From: Methanomassiliicoccaceae archaeon
GTDB taxonomy: Archaea; Thermoplasmatota; Thermoplasmata; Methanomassiliicoccales; Methanomassiliicoccaceae
Length of the DNA stretch: 64,000 nucleotides
Direction of reading: 5' to 3'
NCBI GenBank assembly: GCA_040776945.1
Contig: JAXGZN010000001.1
Span: 256,001 to 320,000 of the forward strand
Positions 57,528 through 64,000 of the stretch are shown here, one piece after another. The notes under the pieces were generated by a model. The model was not told the origin of the DNA. It did not search any database and saw nothing but the letters and a program-made list of their open reading frames with translations. A program made the position numbers and the translations under genes. Positions within the stretch are counted from its first letter, which is position 1. Every line of letters starts with the position of its first letter.

Positions 57528-58524
57528 GATCGGAGCCGATGATATCGATGGCTCGTCAAGCGTTGGCACAAGGTTGTTGAAGGACTACATCTCCTTCGCC
57601 GCGAGCGGAGGAAGACAAGACATCGTGCAGGCCGGTCACGATCGAAAAAACTGGCCGAACCTTGATCCTTCGCTAGAGGACGATGTGCACAGAGCGTTGG
57701 TGGCAGAGGGGATGAGGGTCCATAGGCAAGTAGGTTGCTCGGGCTACCGCATTGACCTGGCGGTCGAGGACCCTGCCCGACCGGGAACGTTCCTTTTAGG
57801 CATAGAGTGTGACGGCAACGCCTACCGCTCCGGCAAGACCGCCAGGGACCGGGACCGCATCCGAGAGAGCGTCCTCCGAGGCCTGGGGTGGAACATCCAT
57901 CGCATCTGGTCGAAAGAGTGGGTCGAAGATCGATCGAAGGAGATCGAGAAGGTGAAAAAGGCCCTTGCGGCAGCCGACGGCGCGAGCAGGGCGGTAGGTC
58001 CGGGCATATCGCATGTTCCTGGAACAGGGGCCGCCCCGAATGATTTTGCCTTAGAGAAAGAAACGTTCTTGCCGGCCTTTTTGGACCTGGTCAAGGAAAG
58101 AGGCCCGGTGCACCGCGACGTGGCAAGAGATGTACTCGACGGTCACGTGCACCGGCCAGAGGACGTGGAGCGGGCACTATCGGAGCGCCTATACGCGCTT
58201 ACCAAGAGCGGAGCTATTAGTCTGAAGGACGGTTTCATTTGGTCTGCCCAGATGTCCATTCCGCCGATCCGCCGGCCTGAAGGCAGGGAGCCAATGGACC
58301 TGGGTCTCGTAGCCCTTGAGGAGATAGCGGAGGCGGAGCTTTACTGCATGGGAGAGAACGATGACATGGCCAGGGAAGAACTCATCGAGAGGACCGCTGC
58401 GTTCTATAGGTATGAATCGATTCCCGGGCAGGTCCGGGTCCGGTTAGAGCTCGCGGCCGAGCATCTGGTCCGGTCAGGCCGCCTAGTGTCTCAGGGCAAG
58501 GGCCGTCTGCGAAGGGCCAGATGA
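54010..58524 (+). CDS. DUF4011 - SF1 helicase - Vsr-like nuclease - DUF3320 protein (Hhe-like), copy 2
   Basis: Same motif series as copy 1; nuclease motif QVGCSGYRIDLAV..GIECDG..Y..ARDRD intact. Confidence 0.9.
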   Translation: MSSSSSFDRKLEHWRQNLLDMTFRNRMLNFRPRSAVRMVRPDARAIFDLLVRDERMLTVRELSEEDGAQPADSIIMNAGEVLPAYGPRGLTDDLRRMRLRARAHLQEQGANILFMAFGMVRWYETPKSSEELLSPLVMVPVELLKEGPARPFKVRASGDDITVNPNLMFKLSTEYWLSLPEWPEEPMDLEDYLLQVRGALSEMPRWKVDADAYLGLFSFSKLSMYRELEDQRPRLAAHPFINALAGDHSLLPMVPEHPTADTLDAAVRPSDTFQVLDADSSQQEAVEMSKRGISFVLQGPPGTGKSQTITNIIAEALAADRTVLFVSEKMAALEVVKKRLDEKGLGDYCLEIHSRKVSKSAVMDELRRSMMPLPVETAPSDDLQRLERTREELNGYVDALHRPRGRMERSAYYVYGRLAALEGMPDLPVQVPDVMSVGLSDLDDRLRLVRRVESMRGVVEGMDQHPWRDLRTSGWMPGNEVVVGISLQKLRDAISRLSESCAKISAMTGMNGPSNLDDTRTFIGLLGQASRTPFPEVSWISAGRPERLLSDISQLEEMRSKLAFYRKWSEDNYNGDVITLEAESISARFESRYRTPLRVLSGEYRKDIASLRGARRTAGKLRYADAAADLRRLVTLRELERRVVETEGAIGAEIGPRFRGKMTDWDEVAASLRWTSEFIGAAGHPLAPQLIAMLSDRGGRVRDLRLAVEGAEAELGELEGSLEWLGNNFMLGPPEELRTMPFERLDQWAADHLAAAPSMKEWIEVSALARSCRENGLGEIIDLGRRGALPPADLAGAYEKRAFKAWLDQAYHDDPVLKGFNGDEHARAVALFRRLDERQMEIAQRRLRNLLNVRREQALRPQGPISEELASLRHETAKKKRFKQIRQLFRECPGIIQALKPCLLMSPISVSQYLDPEALGFDLVIFDEASQVRPEDAIGSIMRAKQVIVVGDGKQLPPTSFFRGEAGEEEDMEDLESILDECSAINIKQHMLLWHYRSRHESLIAFSNRRFYGGRLFTFPSSGREEGEWGVSFTRVQDGIYDRSGTRTNVVEARKVAELVFDHFSATPERSLGVIAFSEAQQMAIIDQLDTLRRQRPEFERFFAEGDAQEFFVKNLENVQGDERDVMIFSVGYGRDAQGRMHQNFGPLNKAGGERRLNVAITRARMHVKLVASIGADDIDGSSSVGTRLLKDYISFAASGGRQDIVQAGHDRKNWPNLDPSLEDDVHRALVAEGMRVHRQVGCSGYRIDLAVEDPARPGTFLLGIECDGNAYRSGKTARDRDRIRESVLRGLGWNIHRIWSKEWVEDRSKEIEKVKKALAAADGASRAVGPGISHVPGTGAAPNDFALEKETFLPAFLDLVKERGPVHRDVARDVLDGHVHRPEDVERALSERLYALTKSGAISLKDGFIWSAQMSIPPIRRPEGREPMDLGLVALEEIAEAELYCMGENDDMAREELIERTAAFYRYESIPGQVRVRLELAAEHLVRSGRLVSQGKGRLRRAR

Positions 58525-58615
58525 TCTGGCGGGCGCTCCTTCAATGACTTGGAACAAAGCAAAGTTTAATTAATACCTGCCTATTAGTGGCTTGCTCAAT
58601 GTCGAGGGAGTCAGA

Positions 58616-58978
58616 ATGAAAAAGACTTTAAAGACGGATCCCAACCTGGTGGCCCTCATCAGCGACCTGAAGAGGGAGTCCCGGGAGAAGGATACCGCCA
58701 TCTGGCGAGACATTGCTCTGCGTTTGGAGAAGTCCAGCAAGAACTGGGCCGAGGTCAACCTGAGCAAGTTGGAGAGATATGCGAACGAAGGCGACGTCAT
58801 AGTCGTTGCCGGCAAGGTACTGGGCGCCGGGAGCCTCAAGAAAAAGATCACCGTCGCCGCGTTCAAGTTCTCAGAGTCCGCGTCCATCGCGATTGAGAAG
58901 GCCGGCGGAAAGAAGATGACCATTCCCGAACTGGTCGCAGATAATCCGGCCGGTACAGGCATCAGGATCATGGGGTGA
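58616..58978 (+). CDS. rpl18e: 50S ribosomal protein L18e (eL18)
   Basis: VNLSKL, VVAGKVLGAG and AAFKFSESA motifs. Confidence 0.95.
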   Translation: MKKTLKTDPNLVALISDLKRESREKDTAIWRDIALRLEKSSKNWAEVNLSKLERYANEGDVIVVAGKVLGAGSLKKKITVAAFKFSESASIAIEKAGGKKMTIPELVADNPAGTGIRIMG

Positions 58979-58983
58979 ATGAT

Positions 58984-59403
58984 ATGACCATAGTGATCAA
59001 TGCCGAAGGCCATATCCTGGGACGCCTGAGCACCAACGTGGCCAAGCGCCTTCTGGACGGAGAGGATGTTGTCGTCGTCAACGCTGAAAAGGCGATTATA
59101 ACCGGCAACCGGGACGTTATTCTCGATAATTACCAGGCCAAGTACAAGCGTGGAAAACAGATCAATGGGCCGTTCTTCCCCAAGAGGGCCGACCTGATCC
59201 TGAAGAGGACCGTGCGCGGAATGATACCGTTCAAGACCTCGCGCGGCAGAGAGGTCTATAGGCATCTCAAGGTGTTCGTTGGGGTGCCGAAGGAAATGGC
59301 CTCCGTTAAGATGGAGAGGGTGGAGAGCGCAACCAACCTGTGGACCGACAAGTACGTTACCCTGGGCGAGGTAGCCGAGCACCTGGGATCGAGGCTGAGG
59401 TGA
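58984..59403 (+). CDS. rpl13: 50S ribosomal protein L13 (uL13)
   Basis: ILGRL, VNAEKAIITG, RTVRGMIP and LKVFVGVP motifs. Confidence 0.95.
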   Translation: MTIVINAEGHILGRLSTNVAKRLLDGEDVVVVNAEKAIITGNRDVILDNYQAKYKRGKQINGPFFPKRADLILKRTVRGMIPFKTSRGREVYRHLKVFVGVPKEMASVKMERVESATNLWTDKYVTLGEVAEHLGSRLR

Positions 59404-59408
59404 GTTAG

Positions 59409-59810
59409 ATGGCAGAAGTTGTTAATACCAGCGGCAAGAGAAAGGAGGCCGTGGCCAGATGCGTCGTGAGCGCAGGCAGCGGCAAGGTCAGGATAAACAA
59501 CGTCCCGATCGACATATTCACTCCTGAGCTCGCGCGCCTCAAGATCATGGAACCGATGGCCCTCGCCGGCGATAAGGCCTCCAAGGTCGACGTGTCCGTC
59601 AATGTGGCGGGCGGCGGATTCATGGGCCAGGCCGAGGCATCGCGCACCGCAATCGCCAAAGGACTGGTCGATTTTCTAAAGGACGATGAGCTGGAGAAGC
59701 TCTTCAAGGAATATGACCGCTCTCTCCTGATCAGCGACCCACGCAGGAAGCTTCCGAAGAAGCCTCTTGGCCGCGGCGCCAGGAAGAAGAGGCAGAAGTC
59801 CTACAGGTGA
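59409..59810 (+). CDS. rps9: 30S ribosomal protein S9 (uS9)
   Basis: GKRKEAVAR, GGGFMGQA and GARKKRQKSYR motifs. Confidence 0.96.
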   Translation: MAEVVNTSGKRKEAVARCVVSAGSGKVRINNVPIDIFTPELARLKIMEPMALAGDKASKVDVSVNVAGGGFMGQAEASRTAIAKGLVDFLKDDELEKLFKEYDRSLLISDPRRKLPKKPLGRGARKKRQKSYR

Positions 59811-59816
59811 GCTTAC

Positions 59817-60008
59817 ATGATCATCCCGGTACGGTGCTTCACTTGCGGCAAGGTCATAGGGGGCGTCTATCAGACGTACCTTAAGCGGGTCCAGCTGGGA
59901 GAGGACCCCCAGCAGGTGCTCGATGACCTGGGGCTGAAGCGATACTGCTGCCGCCGCATGATCGTAGCGCACGCCGACCTGGTGGACGAGGTAATCCCGC
60001 TGGGCTAA
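59817..60008 (+). CDS. rpoN: DNA-directed RNA polymerase subunit N (Rpo10)
   Basis: [12 protein letters not shown] and RYCCRRM motifs. Confidence 0.96.
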   Translation: MIIPVRCFTCGKVIGGVYQTYLKRVQLGEDPQQVLDDLGLKRYCCRRMIVAHADLVDEVIPLG

Positions 60009-60047
60009 AAGATATATAAACCTCTTCGCTTTAACCCCTTTGTCCAA

Positions 60048-60123
60048 GGGTCTGTGGGGTAGCTTGGTATCCTTCCAGCTTGGGGTGCTGGTGACTCCGA
60101 TTCAAATTCGGACAGACCCACCA
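60048..60123 (+). tRNA. tRNA-Pro(GGG), CCA encoded
   Basis: GGGTCTG..CCAGC TT GGG GT GCTGG..TTCAAAT..CAGACCC A CCA; AAAAGATATATAAA promoter at about 60007-60020. Confidence 0.93.
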
Positions 60124-60385
60124 CTTTTCCTTATTTTTCATCTCATCGGCCTTCAGGCCTTGGTGGGCGATGATAACCAATAGAACGGACCATGGTCCGT
60201 ATGTTCTGAAATCAGATAATAAGCATTATAAGCCTTTGTCGCATGGGCACTATAGCATCTGAAAGCGTCGTGTCCCGGTTGCGGGGCTGCCTGAACGGCG
60301 AACGAAGCTTTCTGGTGTTCAATTCCTGTTCTCTGATTTAATTGCGGGCGCAGTATTTTCTTCCAGATCAAGGGACATAGTGGGC

Positions 60386-61147
60386 TCAGGGATGAGCCAA
60401 GAAGTAATAGTTGGTCTTTTTGTCGAACTGGCCTACGAACTCCTCCCGAGTTAGCGATGGACCGTCCTTCAGCCATTCCCCCATGATCGATATCTCCAGA
60501 CCGCAATCATCCACTACTAAGTCATAGAGCTGTCCTGGCTCAACGCCATAGAACTCCGCTGCCCCTCGGCCGTGCTCGAACACGATGAACGGACGGTTTC
60601 TCTTAATCGTACCCCTGCCCCCTTCTATCACCAGGTACTCCGCGCCCTCTACATCGATCTTGATAAAATAGAGCTCTCGGTCGCGAGGGTACATCTCATC
60701 CATTGTCCTGGTCCTGACCGAGATCTCTCGAATTATCGGTTCTCCGAAATCGTAGTGCCTCCGACGCAAGCCCGAGTACCCCGTGTTATTGGTGACCAAC
60801 TGGAAGGTGGAGGTCCCGGCTACGTTGGACAGGGCACATTCCTGCACCTCCACTTGAGGATACCTCTCGGCGATGCGTTCCGCCAGCTCCGGTATCGGCT
60901 CGACGGCGATATGGTCTCCCTGGGGGGCGAACCGGAGCATTTCCTTTATGAACGTTCCCTCATTCGCCCCAACGTCAAGACAGTTGGAGTCGCTCTTCAG
61001 CACCTGCGACATGATCTTCCTCGCCTGCTTATCATAATAGAAGTTCAGATCATGGGTGGCATAACTGTATACGAGGCTGTACGTGTTCCGCACCGACCTC
61101 TCGAAAGGCTTGCCAGTTATCATATCATTGAGGCGTCGGCGTAACAT
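60386..61147 (-). CDS. FkbM family methyltransferase
   Basis: LDVGANEG, AVEPIP and IKIDVEGAE motifs. Confidence 0.9.
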   Translation of the reverse strand: MLRRRLNDMITGKPFERSVRNTYSLVYSYATHDLNFYYDKQARKIMSQVLKSDSNCLDVGANEGTFIKEMLRFAPQGDHIAVEPIPELAERIAERYPQVEVQECALSNVAGTSTFQLVTNNTGYSGLRRRHYDFGEPIIREISVRTRTMDEMYPRDRELYFIKIDVEGAEYLVIEGGRGTIKRNRPFIVFEHGRGAAEFYGVEPGQLYDLVVDDCGLEISIMGEWLKDGPSLTREEFVGQFDKKTNYYFLAHP

Positions 61148-61398
61148 GACATATCACTCCGCCTCCCTTGTCAGGCATGGTAAAAAAACCTTTCTCATTT
61201 ATGAGATGGCTTGTAACGCTATTGGGCAAGAGCACCGTGAGCCCCGTACCCAGATGTCCGAACGAAGCGCTATCGCCTCATACTTGCTCTGCCAGACGAA
61301 CGTCTTGATGAACGATCGAGAGAGCTGAGATAGCCGCCATTGATTCCGGATGGAACAGAAAAGGACGAAAGAGATTTGTAAGAGGTTTGGGAGCCGGT

Positions 61399-61569
61399 TT
61401 AGTACCGGTCCCTCGGCTTGTGCTTCTGGAAGCAGTCCCTGCAGTAAACCGGCCTGCCCTCGGTCGGCTTGAACGGCACCTGGGTCTTAGCTCCGCAGTC
61501 GGAGCAAACAGCGTCATGCATCTCTCTGGGCTCGCGGCTGTAGCCGCCCTGTCTCTTGTTTCCGTACAT
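61399..61569 (-). CDS. CxxC-x17-CxxC Zn-finger protein
   Basis: REMHDAVCSDCG..TQVPFKP..GRPVYCRDCF. Confidence 0.9.
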   Translation of the reverse strand: MYGNKRQGGYSREPREMHDAVCSDCGAKTQVPFKPTEGRPVYCRDCFQKHKPRDRY

Positions 61570-61727
61570 TACTATACCTACTTGTCCCGCACATCCTTGC
61601 GGACGCTTGGAACGGACGAACGATGTTGTTCTACTATTTGAGACATCCGGCATGAACTAGGCCGTGTTCGGGAGAGAGATAAAGAAAAATAGGAAGGAGC
61701 GGGATTGTCCCGCTATGGATGAGGACC

Positions 61728-62036
61728 TTACCCGACGAGGCCGTCGAACAGGCCCTTGACATCCGGGGTGAGCTCTTCACGCCTTATAGCGTAGGCGGCC
61801 CTCAGATAAGGCATGGCCTCCGGAGCTGCGACCAGGCTTTTCTTTCCACCCTCGTCCTTCACGCTTAGGGTAAGCCTGTTGGCCAACCAGGCGTCCGAGC
61901 AAAGGTCTCGAGCAGTGTCACGCAACAAATCAAGCTGCTGACCGTAGTCTAAGGCCTTGCCCGCAGCGGGCGCGGCTTTTCCACCCTCATGCTCCGCTGG
62001 CGAGCCGCCAAGAGCCCGCCTGATCCGATCGAACAA
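61728..62036 (-). CDS. Hypothetical protein
   Basis: Plausible ORF followed by a GCGGGA-TTG-TCCCGC hairpin and T-tract on the minus strand. Confidence 0.6.
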   Translation of the reverse strand: MFDRIRRALGGSPAEHEGGKAAPAAGKALDYGQQLDLLRDTARDLCSDAWLANRLTLSVKDEGGKKSLVAAPEAMPYLRAAYAIRREELTPDVKGLFDGLVG

Positions 62037-62225
62037 TCCTACCTTGGACAGAATAACACCGTACTACCGTAAGCCAGACATATAATTATCCTTTGGTAAT
62101 GAACCGAGAGTTAAAACGAACGTTCCCCCTGAGGTGAAAAGGGTGCCTTGGCGGGCTCATTCTCATTATCGGTTTTGATTATTTGATAGACGATATTTAT
62201 CTAAAAATATGATAGTCAGACAAAT

Positions 62226-63623
62226 ATGAAATCTCTCAGAGGATCATTCAGGCCCTTCTTGGCGATTGCGATGAGCGCCTTGATGACTTGTGCCGTTCTC
62301 TTATGTGCCTTTGCTACGACCAATGCTCAGGCTAGTTTTGCCACCTTCAACGTGGGCGATAAGTTCGCCTTAATGGGCGAACAGGACCTGGACATTGAGA
62401 TATACTCAAAGAACAAGCTGTTCTCCTTTGGTGACGAGGAGCAGGATTGGTTCCGCAACGCCGTGATCGATAACGCCAGTCTCAATGGGTACATCAGATC
62501 GGTCATGGTCTGCGAGATCCTGGAAGTAACCGATACCGAGTATGTTATGAAGATCGTTGCAGCCCAGAACCTGACCCTTAACGCTGAACTGTTGGCCACT
62601 GGCGAACTGGTGGAGGAGGGATCCTATATTGAAGATTGGTGGTATACCGGGCCCGAGAACCCTGATGGACTGCTGAACCTCAGTGAGGCAAATACAGCGG
62701 TTGCTCAGTTCGGATTCACCGCCCAGCTTGTGCTCGGTGCTCATGAGACGTTCCTCGTGCACCTCCAGAAGAGCGATATGGCGGTGAAGTCCGTGGAAAT
62801 AGATGCCCGTGCATACGCTCGTGGTCACGTCGATGTCAAGAACATCCCTGATGTTGATCGATACTATCGGAACTACACTGATTTCATCAACATCACCTCT
62901 TACAAGAGCTTCAGCAGCGACGTCTCACTGGACCTATCCCTGTCCGGAGACCTGGACTTCGACCCCTATCTGACATTGGTGAGGGACGGCCCGGCCGTGA
63001 ACAGCACCTGGGAGGTCGAGACGACGATCAACGGGACCTTTTCCTGGACCGGGATCCTGGATATAACTGGACTGCCGGCCGAGATCGAGGATAACATTTT
63101 CGGTAGCGATGCTGAAGAGCATGGCATTACTGGGTTCCCCCTAGACCTGGCGAAGATCTACGGAATAGGTCCGATTGACAACGGCACGTTGGAGATCCCC
63201 GGAATGTATGCATCCTTTGAGCTCTGCAACCTCGGCAACAAGGCGATTGATGACCCCGTTTACGGGAACATAGACATCTACCGCCTGGGCTTCAACAACG
63301 CCACCGAGAGGAACTTCTTCCAGCTTTGGTACTACCCGGCAAAGGGCTACCTGGTAGGCATGGAGCTGAAGTACCCGCTGCCGATAATTAGCAACATGAA
63401 CCTGAATATCGGCATGAAGTCCGTGCCAGTGGCCGATGCTGAGAAATCCATCTCCGGAATCAGCGGACAGATAGACGACAAGCAGACCTACGATCAGGTC
63501 AATGCAGCAAGCCCTAAGGGCGGCGATAGCCCGATGGACCTCCTGCCGATCATCGCCCTTGTGGCGGTCGGGGCCATCGCTGTTGTCGGCATCGTCTTCT
63601 TCATGAAGCGCAAGAAGGCCTGA
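62226..63623 (+). CDS. Secreted, C-terminally membrane-anchored surface glycoprotein
   Basis: Signal peptide ending ..NAQA; about 9 NxS/T sequons; C-terminal TM helix followed by KRKKA. Confidence 0.8.
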   Translation: MKSLRGSFRPFLAIAMSALMTCAVLLCAFATTNAQASFATFNVGDKFALMGEQDLDIEIYSKNKLFSFGDEEQDWFRNAVIDNASLNGYIRSVMVCEILEVTDTEYVMKIVAAQNLTLNAELLATGELVEEGSYIEDWWYTGPENPDGLLNLSEANTAVAQFGFTAQLVLGAHETFLVHLQKSDMAVKSVEIDARAYARGHVDVKNIPDVDRYYRNYTDFINITSYKSFSSDVSLDLSLSGDLDFDPYLTLVRDGPAVNSTWEVETTINGTFSWTGILDITGLPAEIEDNIFGSDAEEHGITGFPLDLAKIYGIGPIDNGTLEIPGMYASFELCNLGNKAIDDPVYGNIDIYRLGFNNATERNFFQLWYYPAKGYLVGMELKYPLPIISNMNLNIGMKSVPVADAEKSISGISGQIDDKQTYDQVNAASPKGGDSPMDLLPIIALVAVGAIAVVGIVFFMKRKKA

Positions 63624-63634
63624 AGCAGTATAAC

Positions 63635-63690
63635 GTAGGCCCCGAAGGGCCTACCCTTTTCATTTCCATTTCTTTTTTCGCTTCTTTTTC
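63635..63690 (+). terminator. Hairpin + U-tract terminator
   Basis: GTAGGCCC-CGAA-GGGCCTAC followed by pyrimidine/T runs. Confidence 0.75.
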
Positions 63691-63737
63691 AATGCAGAGC
63701 CTGGAGAATCCATATAGTTCCCAGATCATTTCGGGTC

Positions 63738-64000
63738 GTGCCCGAACCTATCATCGAGATGCGCCGAACCTCGATCGTCAAAGGCCGCGCGACGATCCTC
63801 AGAGACGTTGACCTGAAGATAGAGAGCGGAGAACGCATAGCGATCCTGGGCCCTAATGGGTCAGGGAAATCATCCTTGGTAAAGACGATGATGGGAGAGA
63901 ACCGCAACTCTACCTCGGTGGAGGGATCCTTTGTCCGCATCATGGGCGAGGAGCACTTTTCCCTGTTCGATGTTCGTAAGGCATTTGGGCTGGTCTCGGG
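63738..64000 (+). CDS. ABC transporter ATP-binding protein (ModF-like), runs off window end
   Basis: Manual translation from GTG: PEPIIEM..ILRDVDLKIESGERIAILGPNGSGKSSL (Walker A). Confidence 0.85.
   Translation, partial: MPEPIIEMRRTSIVKGRATILRDVDLKIESGERIAILGPNGSGKSSLVKTMMGENRNSTSVEGSFVRIMGEEHFSLFDVRKAFGLVS

Overview
Archaeal chromosomal DNA of roughly 60% GC. It is most likely from a methanogen of the Methanomassiliicoccales (Thermoplasmatota), inferred from hdrBC, archaeal ribosomal proteins, aRF1, a DUF835 protein and an in-frame amber codon. Most of the window is housekeeping: pyrC, rps3ae, hdrCB, adk, purP, argS, aRF1, pyrH, dtdA, pheS, trpS, rpl18e-rpl13-rps9-rpoN and three tRNAs. The standout is a compact eukaryote-type ubiquitin conjugation cluster at 44734-47051. 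It encodes an E1, a Ub-like protein ending GG plus a 6-residue tail, an HPN-motif E2 and an Rpn11-like JAMM protease, with no E3 visible. Other points of interest: a Rab-like GTPase next to a V4R-DUF835 gene; a transglutaminase-like gene split by one in-frame TAG (possible pyrrolysine); two tandem Hhe-like DUF4011 helicase-nucleases with patches of near-identical DNA; a frameshifted archaellin remnant; an H1-like Lys/Ala protein; and a Get3/ArsA-HSP20 ATPase with a small partner. No CRISPR array, rRNA or transposase/integrase was seen. All calls come from reading motifs by eye; no database searches were run.
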